From the human T2T-CHM13v2.0 reference genome, Homo sapiens: a DNA stretch of 64,000 nucleotides. Below are positions 1 through 13,182 of the stretch, piece after piece; the stretch's first letter is position 1; the number at the start of each line of letters is the position of its first letter. The position numbers were made by a program, and so were the translations under genes. Below the pieces are notes generated by a model. It had not been told where the DNA came from. It was given only the letters and a program-made list of their open reading frames with translations, and did not search any database. The DNA is taken from NCBI RefSeq assembly GCF_009914755.1, contig NC_060933.1; one strand, 5' to 3'.

Positions 1-130
1 GAAGGTGAAAGTTGAGAGCAACAGTTAGTTAATACTAACATTTTCTAGTAATGAGAGTGAAATATAATTCACTTGTTTATTTTGATAGGAGAAAATAGTT
101 TGGTTAATTCTGATTTACCAGTAGAATTAA

Positions 131-504
<374 letters not shown>

Positions 505-1129
505 CTAAGCAGAAGATAGTTTCTGGTGAGTCTTCCTGTCTCCTTTTGCCTCCTTTCATCAATAACCTGGCTTCCCTGATTTCTATGTTATTGTTGCATA
601 TATAAATTAATTTTGTGATATGGCTGAATAGTCAAATAGTTCTGATTATAGCTTTATCCAGAAATATATCTCTTGAATCTTTATTCTTAGATCCACGCAA
701 TGCACCTGATCAAGCAAGATATTACCCATGCCCTTGTCTAGCCTAGGATCATGAGAAATATACACATATGGTACCTATTTCTTCAAAAATATTCATATCT
801 GTTATCCTAAAATCCCTGGCCAGGACATGCCCCGTCATAGGCTTTGATTTATTATTTACTGAATAAATGAATAAGCATAAACAATAAATTGGTTCTTAGG
901 AACATGAGTTTTCAATGTTTGTTTGTTGCTTTGTTGCTTCCAAGGGCACCATCCTAGTCTATCTGTTTCATGAAGGTCTCATAACATAAACTATGTGGAT
1001 AATGCCCTGGGGATTATGCAGTTTATCAATCCTGTGTGTTTCTGGTAGAAACGAAGGGACATTGCTCTCTGAGATTATACTTTATCAACCCTGTGTGTTT
1101 CTAGTAGAAGAGAAGGAATAGCATGATCA

Positions 1130-1745
1130 AAGTTGGAGCCGGGAAATGTATAGCATCTTTGAATAGTGTGAGTAGTATTGTAAGCTAAAATGCATCACAT
1201 GGTAGGACAGGGTTAGAAGGATGATTTAGCTTTATTGATAAGGTCTACAGATTCTATACTAAAAAAACTTGAACTTTATCCTTTGGCCTATTGGGAATTA
1301 TCAAAGTTGTTATGAAAATTATATAATTATATTGATTTAATTTAAAAAACAGTGGAATGATAGATGAATGGTGAAAGAAGGAATGAACACTGGGGTCCTC
1401 TTGGGAAGATGATTGCAAAATTTCAAGTGAAATATAGTGAAGCTTTGAATTTGAAAGTGGAAGTGAAATAGAGAAAGAATTACGTCAAGAATGATTTCAT
1501 CTCTGAAACAAATTTTGAGTGAGATTTTAGGTAAAAAGGATAAGGGAGTTCCTTCAGTGGTGGGGGGAAGATTTTAAACATATTATAATGCTGTTCTCTG
1601 TCACTAGGAACAAAAAATGAAGGATGTACAGAAGAATATAAGGAATTCTGTGTTGTAATTTTTGAGCTTGAAGACAGTGAAAAATTAGTATCTAGAGAGA
1701 AAGACAGCGGTTTAAAATAGAGATTTTTGAGTCTCCAGTATTAAT
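1130..1745 (-). mobile_element. L2 LINE relic (highly diverged)
   Basis: Purine-rich stretch with L2-like motifs (gaactttatcct, ggaattctgtgttg...tttgagcttgaag, gagatttttgagtc). Boundaries approximate. Confidence 0.5.
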
Positions 1746-2632
1746 CATTTAAAAGAATCATTACCTCATAAAACCAAATCATTGTTTTAAGTCAGACTCT
1801 ATATTCTCCGCAAAGAAATTCCACACTTATCCCACATAACTTAATACGAACATGAATTTCTTTTAAATTTAGCTAGTTTTTTCACACATTTATGTGTTGA
1901 TCTACAAATATTGCTTATAACCTGAAGTATTAGAATAGCCAATCACACATTTACTGTTACGTTGAGGGAACATAAAGTGTGTATAAACTGGAATCATATC
2001 CAAAACCCCAAGTTTGTGTAGTTGTATGTTGAAGGGAAACAGCTTAAGAGCTACCACTTTGTTTTGTCCAAGGTTATTTTTTCAATAGCTGAGCAGCCCT
2101 TCCAAAGAGGAATTTTCAGATCTACTTTGCAAACATAGTGTTTATTGGTGGGGTTAAATCAGTTTCTGGGCCAATTTCTAGATACACATAGGCATCTGAT
2201 CTCAATAGGAGTGGGGAACATGGGAACATTTGAAATTATCCAGAGAAAAAGTAAGTTCTAAACTTTACTCAGTTATCTTTACTTTCAAATCCTTTTCCTG
2301 CTGCCAAAATTTTTGACATTTTGAAGTGTCACAGTCATAAAAGGCTAAGAAACACTGATTTTAAAATGTGATGTTAGCATATTCATTATAACACACTTCA
2401 TACATACAAAATAACAGAATCACATGTAGAAAGGATGGGGGAATAACATTAAAGAGAATCTCTTTTGTGCTGAAAACTATGTTCCGTTGAATTTTGACAG
2501 CAATCTCTAATGCATATAAATGCGTGTCTCTATTTTACACAAGAAGGGAGACTGCACAACTAAATAAAGGATCTCAACTTTTATCTTCTCCTGAGTTAAG
2601 CTACCCTGTTGCTCATAAGCACTTGTGTAGAC

Positions 2633-3124
2633 TGAAGGAGTTCAGGACATACCACCCCAAAATATGCAAATTTGACATGTTGATTATTTTGAACTTAAGG
2701 CACTTGACAAATAGCAGATGCAGGAAGGAAACTCTGACCTCCCTTTTTCTTCTTGAAAGCAGGAAATAAAACTCTTATGTGAAAGATGCTCTCCCTAAAC
2801 CAGGAGAATAGAACATTCTTATCACCAGAGATGCAGACTGGGGGCTGAGAAAATCTGTATAAACAGAGCTTATTAAAATAACTTTTGTCTTTTTAGTCAC
2901 ATTTATTTTAATTAATTTTCCATAGTTGCCAACCTTTATTCAAACTAACATATAAGCCTTAGGCTTAGCCAGTTCTTTGGGTCTTCATTCTTCTTTTGAA
3001 GGCGCTCATGTACATGTAAAAATTACCAAATAAATATTGTATGCTTTTTTTATTTTTAATCTGTCTATGTTAGTCCCTGCCAGAAACCTTAAAAAGGTAG
3101 AGGGTACATTTAACCTCCTCTACA
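2633..3124 (+). mobile_element. Solo ERV1 LTR, MER34/MER39-like
   Basis: TG...CA termini (tgaaggagttcaggacataccaccccaaaatatg ... cctcctctaca). Flanks agac/agat fit a 4-bp ERV1 TSD. Confidence 0.75.
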
Positions 3125-4074
3125 AGATAATGATGACCTATACGGTTAGTTTGGCATGTATAAATATGCTAATTCAAATATCTATATTTTAGAATAATGA
3201 CTTATAAGATTAAGTTGCTAGACTATGATTAATTTACTTGTGTTATAGTTTTAGAATCAAATCATATGTTTTAAGCTGTTTCAATCTATTATATAAGCAC
3301 AATGAATTCTGTAATTCAAATTACCTTAATAGATTTTCATCTACATTCGTGTATTGCATGCTATAATTTCAGAAATAGGAACTTTTCAAATGGGAATTGG
3401 CATTAGAAATAGAACTGTCAGCTGTAGGTCTACTGTGAAAATCTAGAAAAATATGTTCCAATTAATATAGTGTCTAAGTTATGTCCTTATTTTCATAGAT
3501 TTCTCTCCAAGTGCTAAGTCATTTAAGTATAGTATACTGATTCTTAGAAGCACTTCTCTTTTGCATCTCTCATTAATGAATAATTAGTCCAACATTCTCG
3601 TCATTTGGATCTCTGCTTAGTCAACTGTAATTTTCTCAGCAACAAACAAATAAAGGCCAGGTGGAATATATTTAGCTGTGATATGGCCTACATGGTCAGC
3701 AGACTCCAGGAAACACTAGAAAAATTTACTTTCTCCCATAATTAATGCAAATAATAATCAGATAGTGTGTTGAATATTTATTTTCTATTTGAAAGGTTAT
3801 AAAATCCAATAAGTAACTTGAGCATTTGGAAGACTAAAATTGTAACATTCTCTGAATGTTTGTCCTTTTATCCCAATGTTTCCTATTCTACAGAGGCAGG
3901 ATTAGGGGTTCCTTTGACATTGATCAAGGCTATGGATCTATATCCCAGAAAAAATGTTCATAGCCAAAAATATCTCCAAATAATTTGAGGGAATGATCAA
4001 GACATATTGGAGCCTTTGGTTTCAGAATAATTAACACTTTCTTACCTTATCAAAAAATAATTTGTTTCTCCTTT

Positions 4075-4400
4075 AATTCCTTCATTCAGAGAATATGTAT
4101 TGAGTCCTAGTATTAAGTATTAAGGAAACTACCATGCATAAGGCAAATTGCATAGCTTTGAAAAGCTCATATTCCGATAAAATAGACCAAAATGAGAATA
4201 ATTTCAACACAGTGTAAAGAATTCTGTAAAAGGGGAAAAACATTCTTTGTGGGCACAGAGAAACAAGAAACTGATTCCTGGGGAATATCAAAAAGGAAGT
4301 GGCATTTGACCTGATTTCTGAAGAATAGCTTACTTTGTTGAGGGAGAATAGATTTCTAAGGGTGACAGCATAAACAAAACTATGGGTTTGTGAAAGGAGA
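4075..4400 (-). mobile_element. L2 LINE 3' relic
   Basis: ttcattcag...atgtattgagtcct is the reversed L2 3' tail; ggaagtggcatttgacctg is an L2 body motif. Confidence 0.6.
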
Positions 4401-6369
4401 GATTATACTTAAGGCATGGGTTCTTTGATAATACTTTTTCCTACAAAATAGATAAACAATATATAATTGCAAAGTAAACCCTTCATTGGATATATGAAAT
4501 TAACACACACACACATAAACATATACATATACACAGTGAATTCTATCACTGAGTCATTAAAAACCAATAATAGAATTGGGTCATTACTAAATGGTTTGAC
4601 TATATTTCATTGACTCTTTGTATAACTGCCTTTAGTAAGTTGCATTTCAATATTATTCATTGGGCTTTGAAATGGAGGTTGTTTAAAATGAAGCAGTTAA
4701 GTCTGTTGCTATTATAGAAATATTGTTTGTTGTAGAAATATTATTATAGACCTTGTTTACTATATTACTCCCATTATGAAACTCTACAAGGGAAATTTCA
4801 CCTACAATTTAATTCTATGTGCAACTTTTTGGATTTCTCTTACAAATATTTGTTTCCTCCTCTTGAAAACATGTATTTACTGATCATGTTTTCATTATTA
4901 TTCGGCTGTTAGGAGACTCAGAAAATGCAAAGCTTACATATACTTCTACCTTATTTATATTTTAAATAATTTGGATTCCTTATTTGTGTTTAAATTTTAC
5001 TATCAATTTGTTGTATGTCTTTTTTCTGTGAGCTGTCATGATCCTTTAAGATCAGGGATAGAGTATAGCAAACTAGCTAACAAGCAAAGAAAATATTATG
5101 AAAACATTTTACAGTTTATGAGCTTCCTGAGTTCTCCATCTCTAATCTTGTAAATCCTTTAAAATTCTATCTTATGTCTGTATGATATAGAGATAACAAG
5201 CATTTACCTTTCATAAATGTTACCTTTTAAAACAGTTTGACATCTCTGTCTCCCTAAAGGTTTTATAGTAAAATTAGGGTAATTTAAATATGGATATTTT
5301 AGTGGTTTATAATATATTTTTATTCAATATTTTATGTTTTTAAATTTTACATGCTGCAAGTTAGATGAATACTTCACAATAATTTCTGAAGCATCTATTG
5401 CAATGCATGTCAGCACTCAACAAGAATTCTCCCTGGTTTGGATTCTCATGTCACTTTGCAAATAAGCCATTGTCTACCCGTTGGGTAAAAACACATACCT
5501 CTGGCTCTTACAGTGAAAATAGTATTTGAAGAGAAATCACTTCTGGGGTTTGAATTATTTAGAAAGGCAAGACACGTGCTCAAAGTCTGTTTGGTTGCTT
5601 GACAGAGCTACATGTACATCATGGTGTGTATTGTGTAACAGAGATTGGAGAAGTAAAGAAGGAAATTAAATTAGAAAAGAAGTGATGAGCAATCACTTCT
5701 TATTGTGCCAGATAAAGGTAACAGCATTGAAGAGAAGCACTTAACTATTAAAATTTTTTTTTTCTTCTTTCACTTAGCTTCTAGGACTTTTACCACTCAT
5801 TGGTTTTGGCAACCTGCTCACTGCACTATATTTATCACTCTTCATATAGCTTTTTCCAGTGAGACTGCTTATAGTTTAGTGCCTGTGATAAACAGATGTC
5901 TTTCACAATGTCACTTTTGGAAAATTTAGATTCTTGTTCTGAAAGTTTTCTATAAATCAATTCTGCCAAACCTATGGGGATTTAAGAAAATCTTTATTTC
6001 TCCTAAAGTTAGATATCACCATATATGATGGAAGTTATTCACAAAATTCATGACTTGCTATGATAATCTAAGATGCTACTGTGACTAACAGCCACATAAA
6101 TGCTTGCTAAATCTAAAAAGATTAAACATTACCATTATTTCTAACTTAACATTTGTTCTTTGGGAAATGATCATCTGCTTTAGGAAAAGAATAGGCAGGT
6201 CCAGGGACCGTCTGCTCATTTTCAATTTGCTAACATAGAAAGACTCTGGGGGAAAAACTCACAATTGTGGATTTAGTCACCAGAAAATAAAAGGCAATAT
6301 TTTTGTTCCTTTTTGGGATTTTATTTATCTTATTAGTAAAATTGTATTCTTCTAACTTTCAGCCACCTT

Positions 6370-7650
6370 ATGCCTTTTTTTCTCCTTGATATCATCTTAA
6401 TTATTCCCTTGCCATTATACTAAAATGACTTATCCTGTTTTCCTGTTTTAATTCCTGTTGGGTGAAACCCAAACCCTGGGCCAATCTATTTATCTTTATC
6501 ATCTGTATATGATGAATACTGAGCCATGCTAATACAACATTATACCAATACAAAGATTGATACCATAAATTCTGTAACCTTACCATTCCCTAGTGATTAT
6601 TCAGTCTTTATTTTATTCAGTCAACACCTCTCTAGTCATCCAAACATGTTTATTCAGAAGGACACCTCTTTACTATCACTCTAATAAATGAATACAACAT
6701 ACGTTCTTCTTCCTTTAAGTGATAATAGTTAAGGCATCTGTTCTTTTTATGAAGATAGTCCTTTTAGATGTGGTTATGATCCCATAACTTTCTACCCTCT
6801 TGGGTATCTTGCTCTTTTAAAAAATTATCTTAGTCTCCACTATGATTCTAAGTGAAGTAACTCAGGAATGGAATACCAAACATTACATGTTCTCACTTAT
6901 AAGTGGGAGCTAAGCTATGAGGATGCAAAAGCATAGGAATGACACAATGGACTTTGGGGATTGAGGGGAAAAGGGTGGGAAGGGTGTGAGGGATAAAAGA
7001 CTACAAATTGGGTGCAGTGTGTACTGCTTGGGTGATGGGTGCACCAAAATCTCACAAATCATCACTAAAAAAACTTACTCATGTAACCAAACACCACCTG
7101 TTCCCCAATAACCTATGGAAATAAAAAAAAAAGGAAAAAAAAGAGCAAAAAGCATTTTAGTTCTGACAAATACTACAAATATAGCCCAGAAAACAACAAT
7201 GAATAAATGTTATCTTAGCCTCCATATTTTTTATTTCTCCCTTACCAACAGTTTTTTCCTCGCAATAACTGAAGAGTTTTAACTCTTAACTGAAAAAAAA
7301 AAACAAAAACAAACAAACAAACAAAAAAAACCCTCACTTTACTTGATTTCAGAGCCCATTCCAAATGCTTTTCTATTGTTTTCTCACTCAGCAAAAACGC
7401 TTAAAACACGTCCACACTTGCTGTGTCCACTTTATATTCCACACACCCTTAAACTGACTTTGGTTTGTTACAACCCACTCACAGTGTTCTCACAGGAACT
7501 CCAACAACCTTCACGTTGCTACAGTCAATGGACACTTCTCAGGCCTTATGATGATTGTAATGGTTAATTTTGTGTTACTTGCAATTTCCTGTGATCTGTT
7601 CCCTGATTGTTCATAATTTCTGTAATAGCATCAGTTCTGGCTCTTCATTT
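6370..7650 (+). mobile_element. L2 LINE relic interrupted by an L1PB fragment
   Basis: Pyrimidine-rich L2-like ORF2 remnant (aaacccaaaccctgg, cagtcaatggacacttctcagg) on both sides of the 6840-7209 insertion. Confidence 0.55.
6841..7142 (+). mobile_element. L1PB (L1PB1-like) 3' end, 5'-truncated
   Basis: attctaagtgaagtaactcaggaatgg...gggtgatgggtgcaccaaaatctca...cccaataacctatggaaataaaaaa, followed by an A tail. Confidence 0.85.
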
Positions 7651-8142
7651 ACTATGTCCACAATTGCATTATGTGGTCCTGAAAAGTATTAATAAATAAA
7701 TAAATATATAAAGTATGCAGGGTAAGCACAGCTTTGGACGGATGTATAGCAAAGCTAAATTTAAATTATATTGCACAAAAGCATATCTAATTTCTGCTGG
7801 GTCTAAATATACAACGAATTTAGACACAAACAATAGAAACCAGTAACAGGATGGATAAAGTAAAATTCCAAATGTATGATATTAGGAAGTGAGGACTAAG
7901 GAATTAATATAAGATGAATGTAATTAATGTTTAAGGAGTTTGTTCTTTAATTCTTTTTCATGATAACTTTTATAGTTATAATTTACCTACAGTAAAATAC
8001 AGGGTTCTATGAGCTTTCATAAATGAATATACTCAAATAAACAACACTACAATTAAGATGTAGAATTCCCATCATCTCAGGTGGTTTCTTCATGCCCCAT
8101 TAAAACCAATTCCCTTGTAGCAGAGACAATTACTGTTCTGAC

Positions 8143-8462
<320 letters not shown>

Positions 8463-10871
8463 TAAGTTCTTGAGTTTCTTAAAAATGGACTCACAAAGCA
8501 TGTATTTGTGTCTGACTTCTTTCACTTAGCATATTTTTTGCTTTGTTTCTATTATTCCATTATAAGAATAAGACACTCATCTCTTTATGAACGCTTAGTT
8601 TTGATCTTTCAGTGATTATAAATAAAGCTTCTATGAATATTCTTACAGAAGTCTTTATCTGTATGTATATTTTCATTTTACTTGGAATAAATACCCAAGG
8701 ATGAAACTGGTAGGCCATATGCCACACACGTAAATATGCAAAAAAGCATTCCAAATATGTTTTGTCACTTTACAATTTTACGAGACTTATTAATAGATGC
8801 CAACATCCCCACCAATATTTGAAATCACCAAATTTTGAAATCTTAGTCACTCCAGTAGATGCAATGTAATAGCCCACTCTGTTTTTTTATTTACATTTCA
8901 TTGATGATTAATACCATTTAGCACCTTAACTTTTTACTGTGGAAATTTTTAACTCATTTTGTCTTTTATTTTACACATTGTATTGAGTTTGTCTCTTTTT
9001 AAATTTGTTTTTAATTGTCAAATAAAAATTGTATATATTGTTTTACTTCGAACTCTACAGCTAGTTCACACTGAGCCACCAGAAACGTGTCAATTAGAGC
9101 TGTAAGCGATTCTACAGATATTGACTTCATCTCTGAGGGTTTGTTCTTAGAAAGCTATGATTATATGTATCCACCTATCTGTTTCTGTAGGTTTTGGCCA
9201 ACAGTTTGCCCTGTAACCTCAATTCTCTGATGCATCTAAGAAAGATTATTGATTTTCCGTATGTTCTTATTCTTTTTGTGAGGATACAAAAAATGACTTC
9301 AAAGATCTTTACCTATTGGACTGGAAACTGAGAGTCTATAAATGATATTTAAAAATTTTATTTTCCAAATGGTTTTTGCTAGTATTCAAAATAGTATTTA
9401 CTTATTTATATTGACTTTTTATTCTGCATCCATACTCTAAGCACTTACATTTTTCTAGTACTGCTTTGGTACATTCTTTAGTATTTTCTATATACAAAAT
9501 ATAAACAAGGACCAATTTACCATTTCTTTTCCAATATTTATATAATATTCCCCCCATTGCTTTGCCTTATTGTATTAGCTTAGATCTCCTGTACAATGGT
9601 AAAAAGAGTGAAAAGAACAAATATCTTTGCCTTATTTCTGATCCTAAACTGGGACTATTCAATATTTCACTTAGTATGATGCTAGTTGTAGATTTTTCGT
9701 ATATGTCTTTCATTAGATAGAGGAAGTTTCCTTCTGTTCCTAACTTTCTAAGAATTTGTTGTTGGTGTCACACTGTGAGTTTTAATCATGATGGGTACTC
9801 AACTTTGTGAAATTATTTTTCTCCTTATATTGAGATGATCATGCAACGTTATCCTTTATCCAGTTAATGGAGTAGATTGCAATGATAGGTTATATGTGTG
9901 TTGCTTAATTAAAAAAAAATGTGTAAGCATTTACTAGATTGTTACTGCTTTCCTATCTAATTCTATTGTGATGAAAGAATATGTTCTGGATGATTTAATG
10001 CTTAAAATTTACTTTTAAGTGTGTTTCATAGTCCAGAATGTGGTCAACCTTGATGAATGCTCCATATTCACTCAATGTGTATTGTGCTGTTCTTGGTTAT
10101 TTGAAGTTCTATAAATGCAAAATAAGTCTAATTGAATAACAACCTTTTTCCATTATTCTATCTTTTTCAGTGTTTTGTTAACTGTTTTGCTAATGACTGA
10201 GAGATAAGTGCTAAAACCTCCAACTTTATATTGTTTATTAAATCATTTAGATTCATGCAATTTGAATTAACTACAACACATTTTAAATTGTTTATGTATC
10301 TTGCTGAAATGATGCTTTTGCCATTATGAAATATTCCTTCTTTATGAGACTACTCCTTTTCTTGAAGTCTTCTTTATCTGATATTCATAATTCCACTTTC
10401 ATATATTTAATGTTTCATGGCTTTATGTAATTAAAGTACATGCCCTGTAGACACCATATAGTTGAGTCTTGCTTTGTAATGTAGCTTGACGAGCTTTGCC
10501 TTTTAATTGTACTTTTGAATCCTCTTATAATTAATACAATAGTTTATGTGATTAGGTTTAAGTCTACCCACTTGAGCTTTGTTTTCTTCTTGCCCTTTTG
10601 CCCTTTCTCTCTACCTCTTACTTCTTGCCTTCTTTTGATTTAATCAAGTATTTATTAGAATTTTATTTTATCTTTTGTACTTGTATTTTTAGCTAAATTG
10701 TCTCATTTATGCAGTAGTTACTCAAGGGATTAAAATATATACTTAAATTTATCAAAGCTTATCTTAACTTCACATTATATTGCTTCACGTATAAGATAAG
10801 AACCTGAGAGTAGCATTACCTACATTTACCTTTTTAAATGGATTTTTAAAGAATTTCAGAAAAGAAAATAA

Positions 10872-11291
<420 letters not shown>

Positions 11292-11307
11292 TAGTTTTTT
11301 CAAAATA

Positions 11308-11543
11308 CAGGGTTAGTATATTCCCTATATGAAATGCTTGGGGCCATATTGTTTCATATTCTACACTTTTCTGGATTTTGGAATATTTGCATTATACTTA
11401 TTGGTTCAGCATCCCTGATTTGAAAATTTGAAATCCAAAATGCCCCAGTGAGCATTTTCTTTGACCATAATGTCAGTATTCAAAAATCTCTGATGTTAGA
11501 GCATTTTGGATTTCAGATTTTTAGGTTAGGGGTACTCGATCTG
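11308..11543 (+). mobile_element. Tigger4a (MER46-type) Tc1/mariner MITE
   Basis: TA-cagggttagtat...atctg-TA; internal gaaatgcttgggg, ggattttggaatatttgcattatactta, gagcattttggatttc. Confidence 0.85.
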
Positions 11544-12807
11544 TATTAAAATATATCCATACCATCATTATTTTGGGATAATTTTTGGTTTTGCTGATAT
11601 AAAATTCTAGGTTTGTAGGTTTTTAATTTTTTTCAGCATCTTGAAAATGTCATTCCATTGCTCTTTCGGCTAATATTGTTTCTGAAAAAAAGTGCCTAGA
11701 TGTGTTTTTTTTGTGTGTGTGTTCATCCTGTTCATAGTACATAAAGCACCATAGACCTGTGAGGTTTTAGTTTTTTTGTCAAGTTGGGTAAATTTTAAAA
11801 TAGTACATATGGATACACACTTTCTGTTCCTTCCTCCCTTTCTTTTTATCCCCCACAGGTCACTGGAACCTTGTTGTTGCTATTTTTATTATTCTCTATG
11901 TTTTTCACTATAAAAATTGCTATTGACTCGTGTTTAGATTTATTTATCCTACCTTTGGCAACGCCTAATACTGCTGCTAAGCCAGTCCAATGATTTCATG
12001 TATTTTATTTTGTAATTTTAAAACGAAATTTTTTCTTTTGAAATTTTCCATGCCTGTCATATTTATACTCTCCTTTATATTATTTTCTATATTCATGATA
12101 GTTAAAGTTCTATTCTGTTAAGTCCAAAGTGTCAGTCATTCGTATAATTGTTTCTATTTACTTTTTTGCTTGATTAAAAATCAAATTTTACCTTTTCATA
12201 TGTCTGGTTGTTTCTCATTGAAGACTGGTCACTGTGGATTTCATTCTATTTTTTTTTTTTTTTTTTTTTTGAAGAGCATTGATCTTTGCTCCAACAGGTA
12301 GCAAAGATCAATGCTATTCAAACTGTTCAAATTAGGATTAGGTTTGGTTTGAGTCGACCTATTTCAGATTTTCTCTCTGGTGTATGATGCATTCTTCAGT
12401 CTAGCTATATGGTTCTAATTCCTAAACCAAGACCCTAATGTGCTTTCAAGTAGATAAAGCTCAATATTGTAATTTGGTTCTCTAACTTGGTAGAATTTGG
12501 ACTTCAAACTCTCCTCCCTAGTCCTACATACAAATCTCTGCCCAGTTCTTAAGTTTACCCAATATTTCTTAGTTTTTTAAAGAGGACTTTACAGTCAAAT
12601 TTTGACCTCATACTTTTATGTTCCCTCCTTTTTAGTTTCCTTCCCTCTCAACTTACAGATGTTCTGGAAGCACTAGATTATAACCTGAGACTCCTAAGCC
12701 CAGGAAAGCTGCCACAGTGGGCTTGAGCCCTCTCTTTGGTGTGTCAAGAAGCTAAAGAAACTATGGACAAAGAGCTAACAAGAACAAGAAGAATGATATT
12801 TCATTAA

Positions 12808-13182
<375 letters not shown>

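Noticed and set aside
2088-2256. Possible + strand exon ending at gtaagt (2251)
   Set aside because: Splice-like motifs alone are common; no ORF or transcript evidence.
11820-11860. Strong polypyrimidine tract plus cag acceptor
   Set aside because: Lies in T-rich antisense L1; no matching donor or exon can be supported.
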